This document shows positions 41,201 through 50,277 of a DNA stretch of 64,000 nt, piece after piece. Within the stretch, counting starts at the first letter, position 1. The number at the start of each line of letters is the position of its first letter. The stretch is from Eledone cirrhosa. Its lineage: Eukaryota. The position numbers were made by a program, and so were the translations under genes. The stretch lies in assembly GCA_964016885.1 (NCBI GenBank), contig OZ024743.1, positions 30,690,001 through 30,754,000 of the forward strand. Reading direction: 5' to 3'. The notes under the pieces were generated by a model. The model ran no database searches, was not told the DNA's origin, and was given only the letters and a program-made list of their open reading frames with translations.

Positions 41201-41956
41201 AATGCTAATGGCTGCGCAGGAGCAGGCCCTCAAAACGAAGTGGTTGAAGCACCATATTTACAGGGAGGAGGCTATCCCACTGTGCAGGATCTGTGGAGAG
41301 AGAGAGGAGATTGTGACTCACATTGTATCCGAGTGTAAACACCTAGCCCAGACCCACTATAAGGGCTGGAGACATGATGTGATGGGCAGGGTGATCCACT
41401 GGCACCTGTGCAAAGTAAACAATTTACCACATTCTGAGAAATGGTATGAGCATAGGCCAGAGGCGTTGATGGAGAACGATCAGGTGAAGGTGCTGTTGGA
41501 TTTTAGGATACAGACGGACAAGAAACTGGAACACAATAGACCTAACCTGGTGGTTGTGGACAAAAAAAAAAGATCGTGTCTGATTGTGGATGTAGCCTGC
41601 TCATTCGACACGAGAGTGCAAGAGAAGGAGAGGGAGAAAATTAACCGATACCAGGACCTAAAGTGGGAGGTGAAAAGGATTTGGAACTGCCATGAAGTCA
41701 AAGTGATCCCGATTGTCATAGGCGCACTGGGGACTATCACCAAAAGTTTCCAAGGATGGTTAAAGAAAATCGGCCCCTTCACGCTTTTTGGAACGCTTCA
41801 AAAGGCATGCTTGCTGGGAACAGCAAGTACCATCCGATACGTCCTGAATATCTGAGGCTGCAGGTAGTGGCTTGATATTCATTCCAACGGACTTTCCAGT
41901 TAACCAACACCAATGACTGAGATTCAAGGAATAACAACAATAATAATAATAATAAT
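38270..41956 (+). mobile_element. R4/Dong LINE, near full length
   Basis: Single RT-RLE ORF, short 3'UTR, (TAA)n tail. Confidence 0.93.
38457..41855 (+). CDS. R4/Dong RT + CCHC + RLE polyprotein (open, catalytic Asp residues mutated)
   Basis: WKSPGPDG, NYRPITCL, DYKKAFD, GIFQGDSLSPL, FMND (for YMDD), CRIC..E...HIVSEC, RHD, RPNL (for RPDL); true start uncertain. Confidence 0.9.
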   Translation: MKWRLERHVTYSHPTGAPWLSSRNLTVNQILLMLEEEEEGKGARTNWTKELNRTVMQCYLKSNSKERGYSRRMHNIWNEIGLFKLDEQKLAGQARVIRTNGWISELELEELSRENSLEMEGVVCQTNEPVGNEGEEVDRTEEPPEADNDLNTEINNTWNRDTATEEMNADGLGQDSVDILNLVVDELNNDSGRPMNLRFVDRKKLKETTAKVNKVISYLEARSLHQCNNILKAKANTVRKLLGIKARGNNRQERAEPWWKKRLSGQIKEMRNDIGKLESLLNGTLKNIGTKNRLEIKYKTRRKKLNIIIEELKPRIVAKSAKIRRYENRVSQYKQNRMFDNNQKMLFGQLEGKERGNDLIPGAEQTKTFWRGKWEQDVRHNDQAGWIETVQREIGEQAHQQTDLSITVETLKGQAKKLTNWKSPGPDGVQGHWITNLTSLHPKLTAMFNDCLVSGEVPEWLTKCTTVLIMKDRIKVDDVTNYRPITCLSVMWKLLTSIVSAEIYHHLHTNNLLPDEQKGCRKKSRGTKDQLLIDKMVMGNCRRRHTDLAMGWVDYKKAFDMVPHSWITKSLEIFKVADNIRQLLGRSMGSWETELTSTGESLRSVKIKRGIFQGDSLSPLLFVLALMPLTIMLRKVRAGYKLGKVELTINHPLFMNDLKLFGKSEKELDVLVDTVRIFSSDICMQFGISKCGVIVMRKGRLSRSNGIQIPTGEMIKEIDSEEGYKYLGDLEADGIKNKKMKELLRTEYIRRVRSVLKSHLNSRNDINAVNSRAVSIIRYSAGILRWNVAEQKEMDRKTRKLLTIHNMFHKRSDVDRLYLRTSEGERGLISIEDCVRMEKNNLYKYVTYSKEPMLRTVLKEGTVGQGMSKEEITSRRKSSLQGKSLHSTFFEKTEFRDPQTWNWLRRGDLKKATEGMLMAAQEQALKTKWLKHHIYREEAIPLCRICGEREEIVTHIVSECKHLAQTHYKGWRHDVMGRVIHWHLCKVNNLPHSEKWYEHRPEALMENDQVKVLLDFRIQTDKKLEHNRPNLVVVDKKKRSCLIVDVACSFDTRVQEKEREKINRYQDLKWEVKRIWNCHEVKVIPIVIGALGTITKSFQGWLKKIGPFTLFGTLQKACLLGTASTIRYVLNI

Positions 41957-42064
41957 TGTCACAAGTGTAGTGTTTGTACCAGAGTTTTCATGTCGCAGGC
42001 TGGACTAAAAAGTCACTCGTTCAGCGCATCGGTAGGGTTTCTCGAAAACGAGTTGGCAGCCACC

Positions 42065-42131
<67 letters not shown>

Positions 42132-42344
42132 CACATATATATATATATATATAAAAAAAAAAATTAAGAAAAATAACAGACCTATATTGCGCAGAAATGC
42201 TATATATATATATATGAATGTATATATATGTGTATCTTGCAATACACTGTATGCTTAATTAAAAGCATTTCGAAGACCTTACGCTATTGTTTTAGAGTAG
42301 TGACAGTCTCACTTACTTCAATTTTCTGCAAATAGAGGAGATAA

Positions 42345-42389
42345 AGCTGACAGAGCTATGTTTCGCACTTGTTGGTGCTTATCAAAGCT
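42345..42389 (-). ncRNA. Hammerhead ribozyme, U3-A8 core variant
   Basis: AGCU UUGAUAA GCAC caacaa GUGC GAAA CAUAGCUCUG UC AGCU; GUC triplet. Confidence 0.75.
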
Positions 42390-42652
42390 AACTAATCCGC
42401 GTGTTTGCTGAAAATTGTGAATGTTTGATTCTTATAGAATTCCCGTAATAATCAGGAACTGATTATACAGAGCGGTCAAGCAGAAATGGAAAATTAGAAT
42501 TGGTGCTCTGAAATAGCGATATATATATGAATGTATATATATAGTGTAATTTGCAATACACTGTATGCTTAATTAAAAGCATTTCGAAGACCTTACGCTA
42601 TTGTTTAGAGTAGTGACTGTCTCACAATTTTCAGCAGACAGGCGGAGTAGTT

Positions 42653-42697
42653 AGCTTTGATAAGCACCACAAAGTACGAAACAGAGCTCTCTCAGCT
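42653..42697 (+). ncRNA. Hammerhead ribozyme, U3-A8 variant, second copy
   Basis: AGCU UUGAUAA GCAC cacaaa GUAC GAAA CAGAGCUCUC UC AGCU; two mismatches relative to the consensus. Confidence 0.65.
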
Positions 42698-42877
42698 TTA
42701 TCTCCCCTATTTGCTAAAAATTGAAGTAAATGAGACTGTCACTACTCTAAAACAATAGCGTAAGGTCTTTGAAATGCTTTTAATTAATCATACAGTGTAT
42801 TGCAAAATACACTATATTTACATTCAGTTATATATCGCTATTTCAGAGCACCAATTCTAATTTTTATATATATATAT

Positions 42878-43140
42878 AATTGCAGGTTTGAAGAATTATT
42901 AGATAAAATATACCCAATCTTTCCTCACCCTAGACCGTAGAAATCAACTAGATAAATAATCATCTAAACGGAGCTATAAGTTTAAAATGTAACTTCGAAG
43001 AAATAATAGATAAATGATACAGACTATTCTCCGCGAGGAACAGTCAGATACAATTTATCCAGTCTTTCCTCTTAGCCCGTAGAAATTAACTAAACAAGTA
43101 ATCAATTAAACGGAGCTATGTCTAAAATATAAGTTAGAAG
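42878..43140. repeat. Dispersed/tandem repeat of about 120 bp, also at 44200-44370
   Basis: ...ttagataaaatatacccaa.ctttc...gtagaaatcaactagataaataatcat.taaacggagcta recurs. Confidence 0.75.
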
Positions 43141-43479
43141 AAAAAATGCATATAAACTTTAGCAAAATTCCACTAGTCCCGACTATCGATAATTTCTCTC
43201 GAACTTTGTGGATATGTCCGATCTTGGTATTATTTATGAGGTTTAGAGCTTATCAAGAGACTCCCTCAAGTTTGGACTAAGATTTCTACAGTGATCGCCG
43301 CCAGAAATGAATTCAAAATGGCTAAAAATCATCACGTGGCTAGCGGTCAAAGTAGAGGGTTGTGAATGGTGGCCAGGTGGCAGCTAGGTTGGCTGCTAGA
43401 AAGAGCAGTTAGATACAGCCTAGTGTTTACTCTACCGAACGGGAGTATATAATAAATTCATAGAGATATATGCAATAAT

Positions 43480-43670
43480 AATTGTTCCTACTTTTGGCAC
43501 AAGGCCAGCAATCATACCACTTTATTACTGGTACTTTATTTTATCGACCCTGTAAGGATGAAAGCAAAGTTAACCTCGGCGGGATTTGAACTCAGATCAT
43601 AAAGGATCGTAACGCTTTTGCTGTAAAGCATGGCGTCCGACCCTCTACTGATACTGCCAATCTACCGCCC
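43480..43670 (-). mobile_element. tRNA-derived SINE (OK-like)
   Basis: Family match, A and B boxes. Confidence 0.88.
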
Positions 43671-43697
43671 TTATATATAATAATATATATGTAATAA

Positions 43698-43848
43698 TAA
43701 CTGTTTCTACTTTAGGCACAAGACCAGCAATTACCCAGTGCATTACTGGTACTTTATTTTATCGACCCCGTAAGGATGAAAGGCAAAGTAATCCTCGACG
43801 GGATTTGAACTCAGACCGTAAAGGGACGTAACTATGCTGGAAAGCATT
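43698..43848 (-). mobile_element. tRNA-derived SINE (OK-like), 5'-truncated
   Basis: Family match. Confidence 0.85.
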
Positions 43849-43896
43849 ATTATTACATATTATATATGTAATAATAATGATACTATTTATACTTAC

Positions 43897-44085
43897 AATG
43901 GTGACCTGGCAGAATGGTTAGAGGGTCTGACGCCATGCTTTGCACAATAGAGTTACGGCCCTTTCCATTCTGAGTTCAAATCCCGCCGAGGTTAACTTTG
44001 CCTTTCATCCTTACGGGGTCGATAAAATAAAGTACCAGTAATGCACTGGTTAATTGCTGGCCTTGTGCCTAAAGTAGAAACAATT
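43897..44085 (+). mobile_element. tRNA-derived SINE (OK-like), full length
   Basis: A box TGGCAGAATGG, B box GAGTTCAAATCC, core cctttcatccttacggggtcgataaaat, tail ccttgtgcctaaagtagaaacaatt. Confidence 0.9.
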
Positions 44086-44392
44086 AAATTATTTGAACAT
44101 AACTTTGATACATGTGTAATTTATATAGGGATATATGTATATATTTAGACATATATTTAGACATAGTCACAGATACCTATATGAGTGTGGCTACCTTTTA
44201 CGGTGTGGGTCAATGAAAAATTTAATTAAGCAAATAGTTATTAATCAGAGCTATATATACAATTGCAAGTTTGAAAAATTATTAGATAAAATATACCCAA
44301 ACTTTCTTCGCCCTCGTCTGTAGAAATCAACTAGATAAATAATCATTTAAACGGAGCTAAGTCTAAAATATAAGTATATATACATATATACA

Positions 44393-46235
44393 TACTTTAC
44401 TCTTTTACATCTTTTACCAGTTCCAGCCATCCGACTGAGGCCATGCTGGGGTACCGTCCTTGTTGCTACACATTTCATCTCTGGCCTGTATTGGTTGGCC
44501 ACTGGTGAACGAGGGAGTTCGTTGCTGCTGCCCTTAGGTTTCCCTCGTGCCATGCTGTGGGCTCATCCGGGATCCTGGATAGCAAGGTGTCGAGATGTTG
44601 CTTGAAGTCATCCACATCCACAACAGGCAAATCTCTCACATCCCTCAGTAACTTGTTGAAGAGTTGAGGGCCCTTGAACCCCAGGCTATTGCAATATCTG
44701 CTCCATATTATAGATGTGAAAGACGGGACCTTTTGCACCGGACAGTGACGTCCCGTTCGGCGGTTGGTTCAGCTCCCAATGCCAAAGTTTGGTCCTAGTC
44801 CCTCCAGGATTTTCCACATGTAGATCACTGCGTATCTATCCCGTTTTCGTTCCAAGCAGTAGAGGTGCAGTTCTTTTAGCCTCTCCCTGTAGCTTATCTC
44901 CTTCCTCGTCGCAATCCTCTTAGTGTAGATTCGCTGGATTGCCTCAAGCTACGTGGTTAGTTTGACACTATAGGGTGACCACAACTGGGAGCAATAGTCC
45001 AGGCGGCTTAGAACAAATATCTTCCATAGTGTCAACATGCTGTCTCGGTCTCTTGCCCGGAAAGTCCTCAAGATCCAGTCAGCGTGTCGTCTGCACATTG
45101 TCGCCACTTTCATGATGTGTGAGGAAAAAGATGCATTATCACTCATGTCTATAGCCAGGTCTCGTATCGATTTCGACACGGGATATCGGTCCCTCCTGGT
45201 CCGGCGTAACTATGTTGTACTGTATTTGTGTTTGCAGGTTTGTATTGTAGGGCTTGGAATTTGCCAGCATTAAACTGCATGTTGTTGTGTTCCACCCATT
45301 TGTATATGGCATCCAGATATTGTTGTAAAAGGGCAGCGTCAGCCGAGTTTTTGATTGTCTGTGCTACCTTTGTGTCATCAGCATAGCTAGTGAGGGATGT
45401 TGTTGTATGTACTACAGAGCGAATGTATGAGAGAGCCACCAAAAACACTAGTGGTCCCAGGACTGTGCCTTGGGGCACCCACTTGTTATTGATGTTTCAT
45501 TTGAGAGGGCCCCGTTTTCTGCGACTGTCTGACATTTGTCTTTTAAGAAGTCGTACAGCCACTCACCTACTTTTCCAGTTATGCCGAGTCCGTGTAGTTT
45601 GTTACATATCAAAGGGCTTCGCAAAGTCAAGATATATCACGTCCACATGTGAGCTCTCTAGCAGTTGTTTCAATACCCAGTCGTAGTGATGTAGTAGCTG
45701 TGTAAGGCAGATTCTTCCTGGGCGAAAGCCATGTTGCGTGCTAGTCAGGCGTTTATCTTCCTGGAGGAAAGTGATCAGTTTCTTTCTGATGATTCACTCT
45801 ATGACTTGACTGATTCGTGACGTAGGGAGATGGCCTTTAGCTTTTGGCCTCCACTCTGCTACCTCCTTTATGGATAGCGCATATTGTGCCTTCTTTAAAC
45901 TCACTTGGTAGTATACCGCTAACCAAGGAGATTCTGAAGAGCGTCTTCGGTGAAGTTGCTAAGGCCCGCTTACATGTTTTTAAGAGGACTGCTGGGAATT
46001 CATCAGGTGCAGCAGCTGGGTCTGTTCTAATTTCATCTATGGCGTATAACACATCCACCTCCGTTATGTATATGTGGTTGATGGTCGCCATTTCTTCATG
46101 TAGTGTTGTGGCATCAAATAACTGGCTTTGTCATTTGCATATGCCCCAGTGGACATGTGAACACACTTTTGTACTGTTCGTTCAGTATTTCACTTATCTC
46201 TTGGGGAATATCAGTTAATGAACCGTCTGTTTGGA
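44393..46235 (-). mobile_element. CR1-group LINE, 5'-truncated RT relic
   Basis: PQGTVLGP, YADDTK, NNMQFNAGKF, SRLDYCSQLWSP; 3' end cggtaccccagcatggcc...(gtaaaaga)n. Confidence 0.88.
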
Positions 46236-46239
46236 AGAG

Positions 46240-47212
46240 TTGCCCTAGAGGTGAATTAGCTTACACATTTAGAAGGGCCCTAGATAAACATAAACTCAAT
46301 ATTAAGATAGTAGAAAGACCAGGTACCTCCATAAAAATCACTTATTTGCAAGACATACCCTTTTCAAAGACCTCCCTGTATAGATAAGAAATGTATAATC
46401 TGTAAATTAAGCCCCCATATTAACTGCAAAACTAGAAATGTAGTATATAACATAAGATCTACTGAAGGACAATGTAGAGACAAAAATATAGTGTACATAG
46501 GTGAGAGACTCGTAGTATAGGGGAACGGATAAATGAACACTGGCGAGACCTTCAAGATAGTAAAGAATCATCTGTACTCTACCAACATGCTAAAATAGAA
46601 CATAAGGGTAAATTGGAGAACATAGAAATAAAAATAGAATTTACACACAGAAAAGACGCAATGTTTAGACAAATCATAGAGGCAATAAACATAAATGAAC
46701 TCCAACCAAAATTAAATAGAAAACATGAGTAGAACAGCAACATCACAACTTACAATTAAGGACAAAATGAAAACACACACGCACATAGAACAAACAACCA
46801 ACCAGTAACATATAAATAAACAAATAAATAAACAAATATAAACACACACAGACACCCGGATGTAACACATGCGCAAACTAAGCACACAACACACACACAA
46901 AAACAAGATGGCGTAGGACAGAACAAAGGAGAGGCACAAAAAACAAAGAAAAGAATCACCAGTCACTGAAGAGGTCACATAATGTGTGATGAAAGAACGT
47001 TGACAATATATAAACAACCATCTGGTTGTGTAACCAACCAACCAACCGGAAATTTATAAATTCCTAAATTTATAAATTTATTATAATAAATTGAAGTGAA
47101 AGTAACTGGTGCGTGTGTTTATTATTGGCAACATGACCCTCCCAAAGTATAACAATATCGGTTTCAACACACGTTTTCAGATAAAGAATCTTGCTAAACA
47201 AATTCAGAAACG

Positions 47213-47215
<3 letters not shown>
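46240..47215 (+). mobile_element. Naiad-like PLE 3' part (GIY-YIG + pLTR)
   Basis: KIVERPG, KKCIICK...NCKTRNVVY...YIGE, homologous to 7280-7770; CTGAAGA-stem-GAAA at 46966-46994; ends in (TA)n. Confidence 0.85.
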
Positions 47216-47262
<47 letters not shown>

Positions 47263-47319
47263 GTGTGTGTACACAAATATATATATATATATAACGTATA
47301 CACACACTCACACACACAC

Positions 47320-47353
<34 letters not shown>

Positions 47354-47478
47354 GCTTACTGGTCGGCGAAGGGAATACGTATGACTGGTACCATATCAAT
47401 GGATATTTACATCTCATGAATTGTTGTCTGAACAGAACACGTAAGGCAGTTGTTATACATAAAACCGTCTTTCTTGTT

Positions 47479-47525
<47 letters not shown>

Positions 47526-48257
47526 AATATATATATGTATGTATATATGTATAAATATATAGAGAGAGACTGAGATGTGTCTGTGCACGCGCGTGTGTGT
47601 ATGTAAGTGTCTGTGTCTGTGTTTGTACGAACGTGTAAATGTACATTTATATCTGTATATTTAAATGCTGTATGTGTAGAAGTGTACGACGGAAAATAAA
47701 CGGTATTTCTCTCGCTGGTCTTAGTTAATTAACGGAATCTCTATTTCACCATAAAATCATATTAATTATATTTCATATTATCTTTTAATTGATAAATACA
47801 TCACAAGCATATAATCATAAAGCTGCAAATTTTGTTTATGATAATTTTCATGAAATGTTCTCTCAATTTAACCATCGACTCTTCGTTCCATTTCCAAAAG
47901 GTTTTTATTTTCCAGTGTGAATATCACCAATATCAGCCAGCACGGAATCTTATAAATTTTCTTTCTTATATTATTTACTATTACTCACTAAAATATGTAC
48001 ATACTTTATGAATTTAACAAAAATCGCTATATTTAGTCGTTATCTATCACTATTTTTATAGTTAGAATTATGAATAGAAGAAATATGTTTGTCGGGTTTC
48101 GACTTCCTGTCAATCTTGTTTGTGTCGGCATTTACATAAAACGTATTCTATTAGTTGTCTTCTATTACATATTGATAATTTGTTGTTTACATTATCCACC
48201 GTGTTGATTTGGGATTGCCGTTTAATTTTTTTGTGGTTTTGACGTATTGTTTTACAG

Positions 48258-48357
48258 GAACCTTGTGGACACTTCAGATATATGATAGAGTATTTTGAAA
48301 TAACACATCAGAATATCTATATGGTCAAACAACAGCGTATGTATAGTTGTCCAACAT
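48258..48357 (+). other. Possible isolated exon
   Basis: ttgttttacag|...|gtaagt; one open frame EPCGHFRYMIEYFEITHQNIYMVKQQRMYSCPT; no recognised homology. Confidence 0.25.
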
Positions 48358-48963
48358 GTAAGTATGGTTTAAAAGATCCTCTAGTAAAACAACATTGGTT
48401 TTATAAAGAATGGGGTGGTCATGCGCGTGGGTGCTTTAGATACCTTTAAAATAGGGTGAAGAAACTTAAAAGATCGAGGAATAAGTTTCAATCAGACGCC
48501 ATGAGGAATTGAACCTAATAGTTTACCTTTTAAAGGTCTCTATTCTATTTAGTTATTTTATATCATTTTCATATTAAATCTTTCTTCTCGCGCTTTTTAA
48601 GATTCTGAGGGTCCTCTATGTATACCCAATGATTATATGTATTGTAGTTTCATTTAATACTAACGGAAATACTGCTCTTTATCTTAACAAAATGTATGTA
48701 TAGCACACGGCATTATAAGTTTGTTACCTTGGGGCTTCTTTTCGAGATGAGTACGACTATAAAAAACAATTCGTTAAAAAGAGAACAATGAATTAAAGTG
48801 AAAATGTTTGCTGGTTTCCTCACATTTATGAAAGAAAATCACGATAACACAGTAAAATGTAATATGAAAACAAAGCACATTTCTAGTTTATTTCTATATT
48901 ATCATATTACATATATAACTCAGACATATATCCACGTATACACATCCACACGCACATACACAC

Positions 48964-49024
<61 letters not shown>

Positions 49025-49562
49025 ATAAGATAATGCTAAAAATACACTGAGTATATTAACATGCACAGCTGGACGATTTCACTTTCACAGGGACGCGCTT
49101 TAGTTCTTAGGATTCCTCACTCTACCAGAGTAGGATATGTATTAGCATGATATTATTGCAACGGATTTGATAGGTTATAAAGCGCTTCTCACAGCCTAAT
49201 TCCGGAACTGGTCACGTAATTGTTCTGCATTATGGTGAGATGTCATTACTGTGAAATAAAATTATATATAACCATATCAAGTGGTAGGCATGACCTATGT
49301 ATTACACATACATTGATATTCATGAATATACTGTCTCATGATCGCGGTGGTTAATAATTGTAACTATATTCCATTTGAGCGAAGCCCACATACACATCTG
49401 TCCGCACATAATAGACATAAGCATCTACCTACCTTCATATATAAATATGTATGTATGTGTATGTCTGGCTGTCTCTCTTTATGTATTTATGTATGTATGT
49501 ATGTAGGTATGTATGCATGTGTGTATGCATGTGTGTATGTATGTATCTATCTATCTATCTCT

Positions 49563-50130
49563 ATGTTGGGCAACTCTTGAGTGATACTGGTAACATGTAA
49601 CCCAGTACAACTTGTCGCATGGTTCTTTCGTCGGTGACTAAACCGGCAACCCCACCAAGTTTACTTTATGGGGAGGGTAATTTTGGAAACCATGCTGGAC
49701 AAAAAACCACACCTGCCAAAGGGCGGAAGAACTCATAAGTATCAACGGTCATCCAAATATGTGTAAATATGTATATACACATTTACATATGTATGTACAT
49801 GACATGTATATATGTATATGGATGTGTGCATGTGTATGTATATGCGCTCGGACATAAAAATAATCGGGCTGGATACCCGATCATGCGTTTAAACCACTGG
49901 CAGTGAAGGATCCCTAACATTTGTCAGGGGATTCTTCTGTAGAGAATGTAACTCAGGAAACTGGGATAACTCCGACATAAAACCTGCGGCTGAGTAGTTA
50001 CCGATGATGTTGATATTTTTTTCTTTTCAGATTTTAGCTGCTGTCGCTCAGAGAGTGGAATTACCTCAGTGCACAGTCTTTCCTCACTTTAAAAAGAATC
50101 TTCACGCACAGGCATTGCACGATAGAATTA
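49563..50130 (+). mobile_element. Unclassified old repeat, possibly an RTE-type 5'UTR
   Basis: GC-richer block split by a TA/TG tract; only a general resemblance. Confidence 0.25.
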
Positions 50131-50195
50131 ATTAATAATTATTAATAATGGTATATCGTGCAATGGCCATACTCGATAACAAGGGGGCGTCCATC

Positions 50196-50196
<1 letters not shown>

Positions 50197-50275
<79 letters not shown>
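50197..50275. repeat. (TCTA)n
   Basis: Direct reading. Confidence 0.97.

Positions 50276-50277
<2 letters not shown>

Larger units (their letters stand above)
42200..42870. mobile_element. Compound direct + inverted non-coding repeat stack (PLE pLTR-like) in (TA)n
   Basis: 42210-42312 repeats at 42520-42625; 42240-42420 is inverted at 42625-42810; 42490-42560 is inverted at 42800-42865. Confidence 0.8.

Noticed and set aside
43310-43386. YY1 / E-box / CTCF-like motif cluster
   Set aside because: Partial matches only, within a probable repeat; no supporting gene
43897-43990. tRNA gene
   Set aside because: A and B boxes are present but there is no cloverleaf, and it continues into a multi-copy SINE body
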